A stretch of 60,000 bases of DNA, taken from assembly GCA_038087875.1 (NCBI GenBank), contig CM075989.1, positions 15,068,001-15,128,000 on the forward strand, given 5' to 3'. Made by a program: the position numbers and the translations under genes. Shown piece after piece: positions 12,503 through 27,041 of this stretch; the first letter of the stretch is position 1; the number at the start of each line of letters is the position of its first letter. The notes under the pieces are model-generated. The model was given only the letters and a program-made list of their open reading frames with translations, had not been told where the DNA came from and ran no database searches. The DNA comes from Malacoraja senta (lineage: Eukaryota).

Positions 12503-13140
12503 AGAAGGCTTCACGACGGCCCGGGCCGTGCGGCCAGAAGGCTTCACGACAGGCCGCGGCTGTGGACGGGGAACGCGGCTGGAGGCCATTATTGAGGCGC
12601 CGCGGTCTCTATGCCTCCTGGATCGCCACGTAGAAGCCTGGGTCGGGGCCCGGCCAGGGCCTCGCGAGTAGAAGCCCGGGTTGGGCAAAGCGGTCGACGG
12701 AGCCCGCGGCTGGGGCCCGGGTCAGCACCACAGAGGCGTGAAGTGAGGCGTCAACAGCGGTGAGGTGAAGCCTCGCGACAATGGGGCCTCGGCGTTGGAG
12801 AAGCTTCGCAACGGTGGCGATACCTCGCGGGTCAACCAACGGTCAATGAGAGCGTGGAGAACAACCCCCCCCGTGAACGGGGAGAACAATGGAGGACCCG
12901 GCGTGGGGGGACCGTCGTGAGGGAGGAGGGGGGTTAGAACGATGTGGGGGATGGTGGGGACAAAGGACAATGGGGACCCGGCATGGGGGAAACTGTTGGG
13001 GGGGGGGACAAAAGGGGGAGCTGGCGTGCTTTGTAACTTTGTCAGCACCGTAGGTGGCTGTTATTTGTACACATTGTGTATGCAAGCAAAGAATCTCACT
13101 GTGCCTAGTCACATGTGACAATAAAGTATTCCTATTCCTA
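12503..13140 (+). mobile_element. GC-rich 3' part of a LINE-related retroelement
   Basis: Ends ...tcactgtgcctagtcacatgtgacaataaagtattcctattcct. The same 3' end occurs at 32265-32632. Confidence 0.65.
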
Positions 13141-14197
13141 CATTATGGGCATAAATAAAATCTTACAATTCATTTCAACACTTCAACCTGAACACATAAA
13201 AAGGAAATGAATGCCTTGATGATTTTTTTTATTTAAAAATTCAGAAATAAAAACTTTTGAATTTTAATAATGATGAAAACAAAACTTTGAATTCTCATAG
13301 TACCAAATAAAACTTTAATATAAAATTGTTTTAACTTACAGGTTTTTTTCCAATTAGGCTTTTCCATGAGACACTTAATTTATTCCCCATACTATAACAA
13401 ATCTTTTTATTACTTTAATTGTAAGGTGCAATTTCTGGCAGAGAGTTATTGAAAAAATATTTCTTCCTTTCACAAAAATCCTTCCATCAGAATTAAGATT
13501 ATGAAACTTCTAAGCATTAACTACAGCCTTTTATAAACAGCCATACCACAGGGCATTTTTGGAACATGCTTGGTCAGAGAATTCCATCCTCACAGCACTT
13601 TGGGACCGCCTCGGCAAGGGATTAATTTTAAATTGTGAAGCTGAATGTTTAACACTGTGTGGAGTACACAAATTAAATCTGTATTTATGGCACATAATCC
13701 CGTCTTAGAATGCATTATTGTTCATTTGTGAACACTTGCATTTCAATAACTGTTTGCTGCACCCTCACTGTAATTAGTGTAACAATATTTCATTTTGTAC
13801 AAACCTTGTTCTATTAAACATCAGAACTAATTTCCCTCCTTTCAATTTTTGCTAATTAATCTTCAAATAAAATCCAAAGTAGCCCAACCAAACCACCGAT
13901 CTGAAAATACGCAGCACATTAAATTCAATATCCATCTGCGTTGGCACGCTATGCAAGTTACTACGAAACATCATGCCAACCCATTCTGAGCCCAAAGTTT
14001 CCACTAGTTCAAATTTGTGCAGTGGATAGTTTACATGCTTCAGAAAAATAGAAGATCCACACACAAGCAGCTTGCCAACCTGTCGAAATAACACAATATT
14101 CCCAGTTAAAAACAGCATAGCGCCATCCAAAAGCAAAACACTGCAGATGCCGAAAATCTGATTATTTTTTTAAATACTGGAAATACTACATGCCTAC

Positions 14198-15152
<955 letters not shown>

Positions 15153-16157
15153 AAGAGACTTAATCCCTTATGCCAAAAGGGCATCAGTCCATCAGTCCAT
15201 AACTCCAAATATTTTGAGGTACAAACTGGTTAGAAGTTGGAATGAAAAGGGTGGTTGAAAAGTCTTCAAGACCCTGTTTATTTCAACTGTTATGCTGAAA
15301 GATGAGGGATGAGAATTCCTTTCCAGCAGCAGCATGTTGTCTTCCTGGGTCAAGTACAAAGTGAAATACAGAGAACAACATTTTCCAGTCTTGCCAAATA
15401 ACATTAAATTAACCACAAGGGGGGCACCTCCTTTGTGTTTGGAGCAAAACAAATATCCTGTTCTTTGTCTAATCCTATTTAATCTAAGTTCTTTGATCGA
15501 ACCCTCAAATATCATGCTTATTCTTTCATTATTTGCTTCTTTAAATAAGCAACATTTGCCTCAATCTGCAACTACCGATATAAATATAGAGGGGAAAAGT
15601 CTAAGTAAAAAAAATGATTGAAATCATTCTCTACACAAATCAATTATCTTACACATGTTAAAAGAATCTTGTGTCCAATTTCCATTCAATATCACCAATG
15701 CTTCACTCCTATTATCAAGGAATCTTAATTCACATATTAGAACACATCTCCACTCCCCTCTGTCCCCTTCCACCCATTTCCCCTCCTTCGGATTTACATT
15801 TCATCTTCTCTCTTTATCTCACACCCTTTTGTCTTCTTTTCACCTCCAGCCTTTGTCATTTACTCCATCCGTCTGCCAATGAAAACCCCCCTCCCAGGCT
15901 TCATCACGCCCCCTACAGTCAGTTTGAAGTTCAGCAAGTTGGGCCGAAGGGCCTGTTTCCATGCTGTATGACTCTATGAGTCCCGACCCAAAACATTGGC
16001 TGTGCATTCCTCCAGCACTTGTGCTCAAGATTCCAGCATTTGCAATTCCTTGTCTCTCTTTAGAACAATGCGTCCTCTGCAGAATGAGAGTGGATATTAC
16101 TTCAAACACACAGATATTTTAATGTGCATTTTTTTTCATGTCTTAAACCAACAAAAC

Positions 16158-17780
16158 AAAATCCCCAGGGCCTGATGGTCTGCACCCCAGGGCACTTAAG
16201 GAAGTGGCTCTAGAAATCGTGGACACATTAGTGATAATTTTCCAATGTTCTATAGATGCAGAAGCAGTTCCTGTGGATTGGAGGGTAGTTAATGTTATCC
16301 CACTGTTTAAGAAAGGCAGGAGAGAGAAAACAGGGAATTATGGACCCGTTAGCCTGACATCGGTAGTTGGGAAGATGCTGGGGTCAATTATTAAAGATGA
16401 AATAGCGGCACATTTGGATAGCAGTAACAGGATCGGTCCGAGTCAGCATGGATTTACGAAGGGGAAATCATGCTTGACTAATCTTCTGGAATTTTTTGAG
16501 GATGTATGTCCATTATGAAAATGGACAAGGGAGAGCCAATGGATGTAGTGTACTTGGACTTTCAGAAAGCCTTTGATAAGGTCGCACATAGGAGATTAGT
16601 GGGCAACGTTAGAGAACATAGTATTGGGGGTGGGGGTACACAAAAATGCTGGAGAAACTCAGCGGGTGCAGCAGCATCTATGGAGCGAAGGAAATAGGCA
16701 ACGTTTCGGGCCGAAACCCTTCTGTACTGACATGGATATAAAATTGGTTGGCAGACAGGAAACAAAGAGTAGTGATTAAAGGGTCCCTTTCAGAATGGCA
16801 GGCAACGACTAGCAGGGTACCACAAGGCTCGGTGCTGGGACCACAGTTATTTACAATATACATTAATGATTTTGATGAAGGGATTTAAAGTAACATTAGC
16901 AAATATGCAGATGATACAAAGCTGGGTGGCAGTGTGAACTGTGAGGAGGATGCTATGAGGATGCTGGGTGACTTTGACAAGTTGAGCAGATGTAAGGCAG
17001 ATGCAGTTTAATGTGGATAAATGTGAGGTTATCCACTTTGGTGGCAAGAACAGGAAGGCAGGTTATTATCTGAATGGTGTCAAGTTGGGAAAAGGGGAAG
17101 TACAACGAGATCTGGGGGTCCTTGTTCATCAGTCACTGAAAGTAAGCATGCAGGTACAGCAGGCCGTGAAGAAAGCTAAAGGCATGTTGGCCTTCATAAC
17201 AAGAGGAATTGGGTATAGGAGCAAAGAGGTCCTTCTGAAGTTGTACAGGGCCCTGGTGAGACCATACCTGGAGTATTGTGTGCAGTTTTGGTCTCCAAAT
17301 TTGGGGCAGGACATTCTTGCTATTGAGGGAGTGCAGCGTAGGTTCTCGTGGTTAATTCCCAGGATGGCGGGACTGTCATTTGTTGATAGAATGGAGCGAG
17401 TGGGCTTGTATACACTGGAATTTAGAAGGATAAGAGGGGATCTTATTGAAACATATAAGATTATTAAGGGATTGGACACGTTAGAGGCAGGAAACATGTT
17501 CACGATGTTGGGGGAGTCCAGAACCAGGGGTCACAGTTTAAGAATAAGGGGTAGGCCATTTAGAACAGAGATGAGGGAAAAACCGTTTCACCCAGAGAGT
17601 TGTGAATTTGTGTGAATTCACTGACTCAGAAGGCGGTGGATTCTCTGGATGCGTTCAAGAGAGAGTTAGATAGAGCTCTTAAAGATAGCAGAGTCAGGGG
17701 ATATGGCAAGAAGGCAGGAACGGGGCACTGATTGTGGATGATCAGCCATGATCATATTGAATGGTGGTGCTGGCTTGAAT
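16158..17780 (+). mobile_element. Decayed CR1 LINE (RT region to 3' end)
   Basis: Broken frames with GNYGPVSLTSVVGK, QHGFTKGKSCLTNL, VYLDFQKAFD, ADDTK and LVRPYLEYC. A Penelope-derived insert interrupts it at about 16640-16722. Confidence 0.92.
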
Positions 17781-18434
17781 TACATTTTACCAAAGGCATT
17801 TTTCTTACAAGTGGCTACATCTTCTGTGTTTTATTTCACATCACATTAAATTTTTAAAAGATTATCTAAATGATAACATCAAGCAGTTACTGCCCCTGAA
17901 GCGGTCAACATTTGAGGCAAGCAAGCAGAACCTATGTACAAAAGCAAGAGGCCAGAGAAATAAGAGACCTTAGTTTGTGGAAAATCTAGGAAAGTAGAAA
18001 GAGGCATAAAGGCAAAAAAAAGTGGATATTTGCAATCTGAATTAATAAAAGGAACTAAGAAAATGTAAATAACGAGGTGAAGTTAATTAGCAAGCTTAAT
18101 CGGGTCACCAGTTTTTGAATAAAGGGAAAGAATAAATTGAAGTTGGCTGAAATGTCAGAGAATGTTGGATGGGGAGGCTGGTTGTGATTATCACCTCAGT
18201 TGTGATAATCAGGATGTCTTCTGCATAGAAATTCTTGGTAGCGTATCCACAAATGGCAAAGGTAGATATCACAAGCATTTTCAAGCTGCCTGCCAATGCT
18301 AATAGTTCTGAGAGATTTAACAAGGATTTACAACAACCTGATACTGCAGAGGGCCAGGCTGTGAATAGATGCATCGTTTCAGATCTGCCCGGTCAAACTA
18401 GATCAGAATAGAAATAATCTAAACCGGCTTCCAT

Positions 18435-19272
18435 CAAGATACAAGATACAGGATACATTTATTTGTCACATGTACCAATTGGTACAGTGAAATGTGTGGT
18501 CACCATACAGCCATACAAATAAAACAGAGCACTGAACACGATAGACTTTAACATAGACATCCCCACACAGTGGAATCAAAGTTTCCCACTGTGAGGGAAG
18601 GCTCCAAAGTTCATGCATCCTCCTCTGTTGTTCTCTGTTGTTCACCTGCGGTCGGGGGGCTCCCGAATCCCTCGCTTTCCCCGCTACGGGCGGCTTAACT
18701 CCGACGTTGGAACGGGAGAACAACCTCAGCGGCTTGGACATCCGAATCGGCCACTTCCTACCGGAGTCCGCGGCTCACAAAATCCACAGGCCGTGCTGGG
18801 CAGAGATTTCACGCTGGCGGCCCTCGGCAAAAGGTCACAGGACTCCGCGATGTTGAAGTCAGCGCCACTTGCGCTGGAAGCTCTACGAACCACAGCTCCA
18901 CGATGTTGAGGCAGCAGGCCCAACACTCCGGAGCTGCAAACGGCGATCCCCGGTAAGGCATCGCCCGCTCCGCGGTGAATCCAGTGCTGCACCGCTGCTG
19001 AAGCTTTGGTCCGGTCCCGGGCAGGAAAGGCAGTGCCAATCCAGTTGGTAGGCCGCGAGGAGGGGGGGCGAGGATGCGACTCGGAGAATAGTCGCATCCT
19101 CGCCAGGAAGAAACTGGGAAACGGTTTCCCCCTGACCCTACCCCGCTCCCCCACATAGAAAAACTAAAGAAACCTCCAAAACATACTTTTAAAACAGACT
19201 AAAAATTAAAAAAGATAGAAAAACAGACAGACTGTAGGCAGAGGCTGCCATCAATGCGGCTCCCCTAGTGGT
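18435..19272 (-). mobile_element. Non-autonomous LINE-derived element (GC-rich body, (TATCTTG)n tail)
   Basis: Reverse complement ends ...acatgtgacaaataaatg(tatcttg)n; no credible protein product. Confidence 0.55.
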
Positions 19273-19620
19273 CATAAGTGATAGGAGCAGAATTAGTCAA
19301 TTTGGCCCTTCAAATCTACTCCACCATTCAATGTTGAATGATCTATCTCTCCCTCCTAACCCCATTCTCCTGCCTTCTTCCCATAACCACTGACACCCGT
19401 ACTAATCAATAATCTATCTATCTCTGCCTTAAAAATATCCATTGACTTGTCCTCCACAGACTTCTGTGGCAAAGAATTCCACAGATTCACCACCCTCAGA
19501 CTAAAGTCATTCTTCCTCATCACCTTCCTAAAGGTACGTCCTTTAATTCTGAGGCTATGACCTCTAGTCCTAGACTCTCCCACCCGTGGAAATATCCTCT
19601 CCACATCCACTCTATCCAAA
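19273..19620 (-). mobile_element. CR1 LINE 3' fragment
   Basis: ORF DRVDVERIFPRVGESRTRGHSLRIKG...RVVNLWNSLP. Confidence 0.88.
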
Positions 19621-21944
19621 CCTTACTTAAATAAGACCAATAATAGTGTTCCAGATGTGATCTCGCCCATGCCCCGTATAATTGAAGAATAACCTCCTTC
19701 CTCTTGTATTGAATTCCCCAGAATTAGCTAACATTCTTAATTACTAGCCCTTTGCAATTCATGCACTTGGATGCCTCTGAATCTTAAAAGCTCTTCAGTT
19801 TCTCAGTTTAGATACAATTTAAAAATTAAAATGTAATTTTCTTTTGCCAAAATGGACAATTTCACATCTTCACATTATATTTTATTTGCCAGAGCTTTGT
19901 CCACAACCTCTCTGCATCTCCCTGCAGTCCAAAAAGCAAGCCCGTAGAATTGTTATGCTGCAAAGAGGTGGAAACTGTGCCAAAGTGCATGTGGACTTTC
20001 TCTGAAAAATGCATCCACTTACGGTAGTTTGATTCATTTTGTATCCTGTTTCTTTGTGAGCGAGCTGAAGCTAACTTTTCAATTTAAATGAAAATCACTG
20101 GTTTGGAATGTTTTGGTACTCCTCAAGGTTGCAAGACAAATCTTTTCTCCTCTCGTTTTTTTCCCACCCCTCTGTTCATTTTTTTTCTTCTGTACAAGGT
20201 ACTCATGCATGTATTTGACAGAAATAGCTCTGTGTTCAGATTGAAGTCTCAGTGTCTAGTATTACCAGATGCATAGGTTAATAGGGAATCACTGTTGACC
20301 CAATGTGACCATTTGGACAATTAGGTATTGAAGTGGTGCTGAATGTTATGACATACAATTGATTCAGTGGCATTGGACTCGATTCTTCCTTTAGATTGTT
20401 ATAACAGTTGCAATTCATCAGCCTGGACAGCCTGTTGCTCACGTTGCCAAGAACAGATCTCAGATCTGTATTTTGAGTTTTGGTCCAGATCTTGCAATCA
20501 GAATGCGAATGCATTTGCAAAAATCATGTTCCACAACTCATATCAATTATTCACATCTCCTTCAGTTATTTCATAAAACAAACACAAATTTTGTGAAACT
20601 AAACCCAAGGCCAAAAACTAATTGCAGCTGTTTTCCCCAGACACATCATATTGATGAAAGAGCTGTGAAGATTATGTGTATCATTTCAAATACAGTATTA
20701 CTAGTTGGTTCAACGCACCAATACCCAATTAAAAACACTACTGAATGCATTCAGTCAGTGATCAACTGGATTATCCCAAGACCGTTTTCATATTTGCGAA
20801 CAAACAATAGCTCAGTTATATACTACATATACTATAGTATTATTTGCATTCTTTCAAATCTAAGTCTGTTCAACTGTGCAAAATTTCCTTTGAGCAGTGC
20901 TCAAGATTTGTAGCATTTTCAAAACTCTAGAGACAGTCAGATATCCCTTTTGCCAGGCAATTTATGATAACAGGGAGGAATGCCTTCTTTCAGAGGACTG
21001 AATATTTGGAATTCTTTATAAAAAGAGCTGTGGATGCCAAACTGTTTGTTGAATACATTTTAAGATGAGCGAGGTTATTAGACTGCAAGGGAATCGACCA
21101 TTTTATGGACCAGGCAGGAAAACAGAGTTGAGGCCAGCAATCAGATAAATGTGATCTTGGTAAATGATGCACCAGGCTTGAGTGGCCATGTGGCTTAGCT
21201 CTGCTTTTTTTTTAATGCTGGGATACTAGTGGAAGCAGATTCAACTGCACCCTTTGCTCGACTTGCACCATGCAATTAATGTTTCCCCTTGTTTCATTTT
21301 TGCTTCTTTGTCCATCATTTTTATTCTACGTGCCCTGGTTCATGTCAAGGAGAAGTTTCACAACATCTAACACCTCATAGTTTATTCTCTACCATATCTC
21401 TACCAAATCTCTTTGCACTATTTTTATTCCAATAAGACAATTCCAGTTTCTCCAGTCTATCCACATAACTACAGCCTCTCACCCTGATGATCACATTGCT
21501 AGTAAAGATCAAAATAATTTTCAATAGAAATAGAAGGCAATGACCATCTGAAACAAGACCATTTAAAACAAGACCAATCATTATTGGCATCAATGGTTTT
21601 ATCATCACCGTGTCCCTTGTCATCAATATTCTTAACTGGGCAATAAATACCTTGACACAAGCATTGAGGCCTCACAGCTGATACTCCAAGCCATTTCCAC
21701 TATCTACAGGACCCAGGAATACAATGGAGTATTCTCCACTTGTCTGGATAAACCGAGTATCATCAGCTCTTAAACTCAACGCCATTCAGGAAAACGCAGC
21801 CTGCCTGACTGATACACCATCAATCGTCCTAAATATTCACTCATTCCAACCGTGGCAGCAGTGTGTACCATCTACACTGCAGTACAGCGCCTTGTATTGG
21901 CTACTCCCACAGCTCTTCACAACCTTGCCCTCCAAGCAGCACTA

Positions 21945-22997
21945 GCCCACAGGGCTACTACCAACCTACTGACTCCCATAGCGATCTTAACTACACTTCT
22001 TCTTACCCTGCTCCTTGTAAAGGCTCTATCCCCTACTACCAATTCCTCCGCCTCCGCAGCATCTGGGCCCAGGGCATCCGAGTTGCCCTCATTCTTTAGG
22101 GAACAGGGGTTCCCCTCCCATTGTAGATGAGGCTCTCACTAGGGTCTCCTCGATATCCCGCAGCTCCGCTCTTACTCCCCCTCCCTCCAGTGACCCTTGT
22201 CCTCACCTTCCACCCCATCAGCCATCACACACAGCATATAATCCTCCAACATTTTCACCACCTCCAACGGGATCCCACTACTGGCCACATCTTCCCATCT
22301 CCACCCCCTTTCTGCTTTCTGCAGAGACCGTTCCCTCTGTAACTCCCTGGTCAACTCGTTCCATCCCACCCAAACCACCCCTTACCCAGATACCTTCCCC
22401 TGCAACCGCACGAGATGCAGTACCTGTCCCTTTACCTCCCCCCTCGACTCCATCCAAGGACCCAAACAGTCTTTTCTGGTGAGGCAGAGGTTCACTTGCA
22501 CTTCCAACCTCATCTACTGCATCCGCTGTTCCAGGTGTCAACTTCTCTACATCGGCGAGACCAAGCGCAGGTTCGGCGATCGTTTCGCTGAACACCTCTG
22601 TTCAGTCCGCATTAATCAAGCTGATCTCCCGGTGGCCCAGCACTTCAACTCCCCCTCCCATTCCCAATCTGACCTTTCTGTCCTGGGCCTCCTCCATTGT
22701 CAGAGTGAGGCCCAGCGCAAATTGGGGGAACAGCACCTCATATTTTGTTTGGGAAGTTTGCACCCCAGAGGTACAAACATTGACATCTCTAACTTCAGGT
22801 AGCCCTTGCTTTCTCTCTCCATCCCCTTCCCCTTCTCAGTTCTCCCACTAGTCTTACTGTCCCCGCCTACATTATTTCTCTGTCTGGCCCCCTCCCCTGA
22901 CATTAGTCTGAAGAAGGGTCTCGACCCGAAACGTCGCCCATTCCTTCTCTCTGTAGATGCTGCCTCACCTGCTGAGTTACTCCAGCATTTTGTGTCT
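21945..22997 (+). mobile_element. Penelope-like element 3' part: GIY-YIG endonuclease and terminal repeat with hammerhead core
   Basis: NLIYCIRCSRCQLLYIGETKRRFGDRFAEH...VAQHFN (22479-22802); upstream SIPYYQFLRLRSI thumb remnant; intact CTGAAGA...GAAACGTC at 22908-22935. Confidence 0.92.
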
Positions 22998-23607
22998 GCC
23001 TCGGCCACCACCAGCAACAGGTTCTCCTCCAAGCTGCCCACCATTGTGATCTGGAAATATACTGCTGGCCCTCTGTCACAGGGCTACATCCCAGAACTCC
23101 ACAGGGTACCACCACTGGAAGAACCACAGCTGTTCAATCTGAAGGCTCACATATACAGGAAGATCTGGTTTAAATTTCTCTACCCTTCACCCTCAAGGGA
23201 ATACACCTAGACTGAAGGCAAAACATCTTTACCTTTAAAGGCCTCCAATTAAAGGCCCCTAACCCAAAACGTTGTCTGTCCATTTCCCTCCACAGATGCT
23301 GCCTGCGTGCTGAGTTCCTCCAACCTTGTATTTTTGCTCACGATTCCATCATCTGCAGTCTCTTGTGTCTCCATTGTTCAATTAACGTTTTGCCCATCAA
23401 GCTTTGATTTCAACTTTCCATGGCCAGGTCTGTTCTGGTTCTAATAAAACTGGTCCTTTCCAAATTAACTACTGTAATTCTGAAGTGGTCTATATTCTCT
23501 GCTATTGCTTTTCTAAACATTATGAAACGATGACCCGTGTTTCATAGATGTTCCCCCACTGGTATCTGATCGCCTCAGCTTGCCTTACTCTCTGGAACCA
23601 AATCCAG

Positions 23608-23990
23608 TAACATCACACAAACTGGGGGAACAGCACCTCATATTCAGTTTGGGTAACTCACCTAACCACCCCCCCCCCCCACTCTTCAACTCTCCCCCCC
23701 CCCACCCTCCCTTTTTCCCTGTTCCCCATCTGAACTTACACCCATTTCCACCCTCCCTCTTCCATCCTCATTCCTTCCTCTGGCTTCACAATTCACAACT
23801 CTTCTATCCTTACCTCACACCTTTCTGAAATGAGGGGGTTGATTGGCAGATGGGCGGAGCAAAGGCGAGAGATGGAAAGGAGACAAAAGGGTGTCAGATA
23901 TAGAGAGGAGGACTGGAATTAAAGCCAGAGGGAGGGATGCAGCTGGAAGGGGATGTATTGGGAGAGGAGAAGAGAAGCAGGATAGTGGAA
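23608..23990. mobile_element. Two Penelope-like fragments in inverted orientation
   Basis: HKLGEQHLIF remnant on the plus strand to about 23826, then reverse-complement 3' UTR sequence. Confidence 0.55.
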
Positions 23991-24046
23991 GAAACAGCGG
24001 TGGAGTTGCTGCCTCGACAAGGTACCACATAAGAGATTAGGATACA

Positions 24047-25162
24047 AACTTAAATCACACGGTATTGGGGGTTCAGTATTGATGTGGATAGAGAACTGGC
24101 TGGCAAACAGGAAGCAAAGAGTAGGAGTAAACGGGTCCTTTTCACAATGGCAGGCAGTGACTAGTGGGGTACCGCAAGGCTCGGTGCTGGGACCCCAGCT
24201 ATTTACAATTTATATTGATGATCTGGACGAGGGAATTGAAAGCAACATCTCCAAGTTTGCGGATGACACTAAGCTGGGGGGCAGTGTTAGCTGTGAGGAG
24301 GATGCTAGGAGACTGCAAGGTGACTTGGATAGGCTGGGTGAGTGGGCAAATGTTTGGCAGATGCAGTATAATGTGGATAAATGTGAGGTTATCCACTTTG
24401 GTAGCAAAAACGGGAAGGCAGACTATTATCTAAATGGTGGCCGATTAGGAAATGGGGAGATGCAGCGAGACCTGGGTGTCATGGTACACCAGTCATTGAA
24501 AGTAGGCATGCAGGTGCAGCAGGCAGTGAAGAAAGCGAATGGTATGTTGGCCTTCATAGCAAGAGGATTTGAGTATAGGAGCAGGGAGGTTCTACTGCAG
24601 TTGTACAGGGTCTTGGTGAGACCACACCTGGAGTATTGCGTACAGTTTTGGTCTCCAAATCTGAGGAAGGACATTATAGCCATAGAGGGAGTGCAGAGAA
24701 GGTTCACCAGACTGATTCCTGGGATGTCAGGACTTTCATATGAAGAAAGACTGGATAGACTTGGCTTATACTCGCTAGAATTTAGGAGATTGAGGGGATC
24801 TTATAGAAACGTACAAAATTCTTATGGGGTTGGACAGGCTAGATGCAGGAAGATTGTTCCCGATGTTGGGGAAGTCCAGGACAAGGGGTCACAGCTTAAG
24901 GATAAGGGGGAAATCCTTTAAGACCGATATGAGGAAAAACTTTTTCACACAGAGAGTGGTGAATCTCTGGAACTCTCTGCCACAGAGGGTAGTTGAGGCC
25001 AGTTCATTGGCTATATTTAAGAGGGAATTAGATGTGGCCCTTGTGGCTAAAGGGATCAGGGGGTATGGAGAGAAGGCAGGTACGGGATACTGAGTTGGAT
25101 GATCAGCCATGATCGTATTGAATGGCCTACTCCTGCACATATTTTCTATGTATCTATGTATC
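24047..25162 (+). mobile_element. 5'-truncated young CR1 LINE
   Basis: ORF 24079-24921 with GVPQGSVLGP and FADDTK; a frameshift near 24797; (tctatg) tail. Very similar to the copy at 27042-30519. Confidence 0.95.
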
Positions 25163-25165
25163 TAT

Positions 25166-25408
25166 GCAGTGCCGGGGACCCAGGGTCGATCCTGACTGCA
25201 GGTACTGTCTGTACGGAGTTCGTACGTTATCCCTGTGACCCCATGGAGTTTCTACGGGTGCTCCAGTTTCCTCCCACACCAAAGACGTGCAGGTTTGTAG
25301 GTTAATTGGCCGAGGTAAAATTGTCCCTAGTGTCAAAAGGTAAAGCTAATGTACGGGTGATCACAGGTTGGCATGGACCCGATGGGCCGAAGGGCCTGTT
25401 TCCGGGCT
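25166..25408 (+). mobile_element. SINE (HE1-like, 5' truncated)
   Basis: Same central block and tail as the other SINE copies. Confidence 0.8.
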
Positions 25409-25915
25409 ATTAATGGCTGTTATTAACTACATTTTAATAGTTCACAGTTGAGAATGAGGACTAAATTGCAAGGCCAAATAGAATTGAATGCTTTGCTTCT
25501 AGAATTCTATAGTTAAATGCAGTTCAACAGAGCTCAGCTTCAGAGGAATACAATATTCAGTGCAGGGATAGCAATGAAACAGATGACTCTTTATGAGAAC
25601 ATTCTGGTTCAACAATATAATTAAAATACCCTAATCCTGTGTTAGGGGGTCTGATTCTACTTGAGTTCTGTTATTATCCCCCTCACCACATGCTCACATG
25701 GCCCTGTAAAAATAAATAGGTTATTTTGTGGCACAACTGTAACCACTTGCAAGTGTAGACCTTCATATTTGGAGGACCATCAACCCAACAAACTCACAAA
25801 TTAACTTTGGCCCTCCAACATGCAATTATCTTCCATCCACAAACAGGCAGGGCACCCATTTTTGGTGCTTTAAATTTCTAACGTAGAAGAAGTGAAACAA
25901 ATGAAGTGTACTCAC

Positions 25916-25954
25916 TCGGAAATAAAATTCTTCATTCCACTTAGGATCCAAAGT
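25916..25954 (-). CDS. NEDD4: NEDD4 C2-domain exon (TLDPKWNEEFYFR)
   Basis: 39-nt exon with tttcag acceptor and gtgagt donor. Carries the C2 motif LxPKWNEE. Confidence 0.96.
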
Positions 25955-27041
25955 CTGAAAGAAACAGCGGCATTTAATATGAGAATTTGATGGGGGGGTT
26001 TTAAAAACACACGTGTTCCCAAACAATGCAAAAACATTATTTTTGATTTTAATGACAAAAATAGAAAATGTTGAAAAGACTCAGCAGGCCAAGCAACATC
26101 CTTGGAAAGAGGAAGAAATCTAAACATTCCCAGTTCAGGAATCTTGCAGTTTAACAGTTTCTTGGTGCCCACAGGTAACCTTTCATCAGAAATGGAGAAG
26201 TAAGATTTTTTTTTAATTAATCATCGTGCATTCCAGTGAAAAGATAAAGAGCATTATTGCCCATATTTTACCAAGTGATTTAATTTTTACTGTTAGATCA
26301 TAACTCCACTTTATATTGAATAGCAAAGTTGCACTATCATTCGGAAAGCAGAAAAATAACTGGTTAGAGATAATCTGCCAAGCTGGGAGGTGTAAAAATG
26401 AGGTACATCATGGATGGAAAGATAAATGATTCCCTGGCTAGTTCGTGCAGGCAGCTACCATTCTAATTAGCTCACAAGAACATTTAGTATAAAAAAACAG
26501 GCAAGCACACACAAATATAAATGAAAATACACAAAACAAAATCATTAATTTACAATTATCAAAATTGGTTTTGGTAAAATGTATTCGCATATGTTCACAA
26601 AATCAAGGTAATCCTTTCTTACACACTCTGGTTAATATGAATGGAAATATTACTAAATATTTTTTTTAAACTAAGTAACAAGCAGCTGTCCTTAAGAATG
26701 TCCACGGCTAGCCCTCAATGAATTGCAAGCTCCTTCGAGCAGTCAAACCATGACTCATGCAAGCTGCAGTCTCTAACGTGTATCGCACGATATTCACAGC
26801 AAGCATCAAACAGTTAGTACATTGGCAAGATAGAGATGGGTGATCATGCAGAAGTTTGGCCCCAATCCAAGTGATATCATAAATTATGAGGCAGAAAGCT
26901 TTTTGATCCAAGCTTACATTTCCTGTAGTCAGTGCAAACTAGCCTTTTTGGAAACATATTTGAACAAATGGAAAATGGAACAGCCTTTAATTTTAGTTTT
27001 ACACTCAGCATTTTCCCACCACATCTGAATGGGAATGGGTT

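Noticed and set aside
12446..13121. CpG island with several ORFs
   Set aside because: It runs into a retroelement 3' tail that is repeated at 32265-32632.
25916..25954. Assignment to NEDD4L because of EEFYFR
   Set aside because: The other exons (LYDP, VHP) and the long first exon match NEDD4 better.
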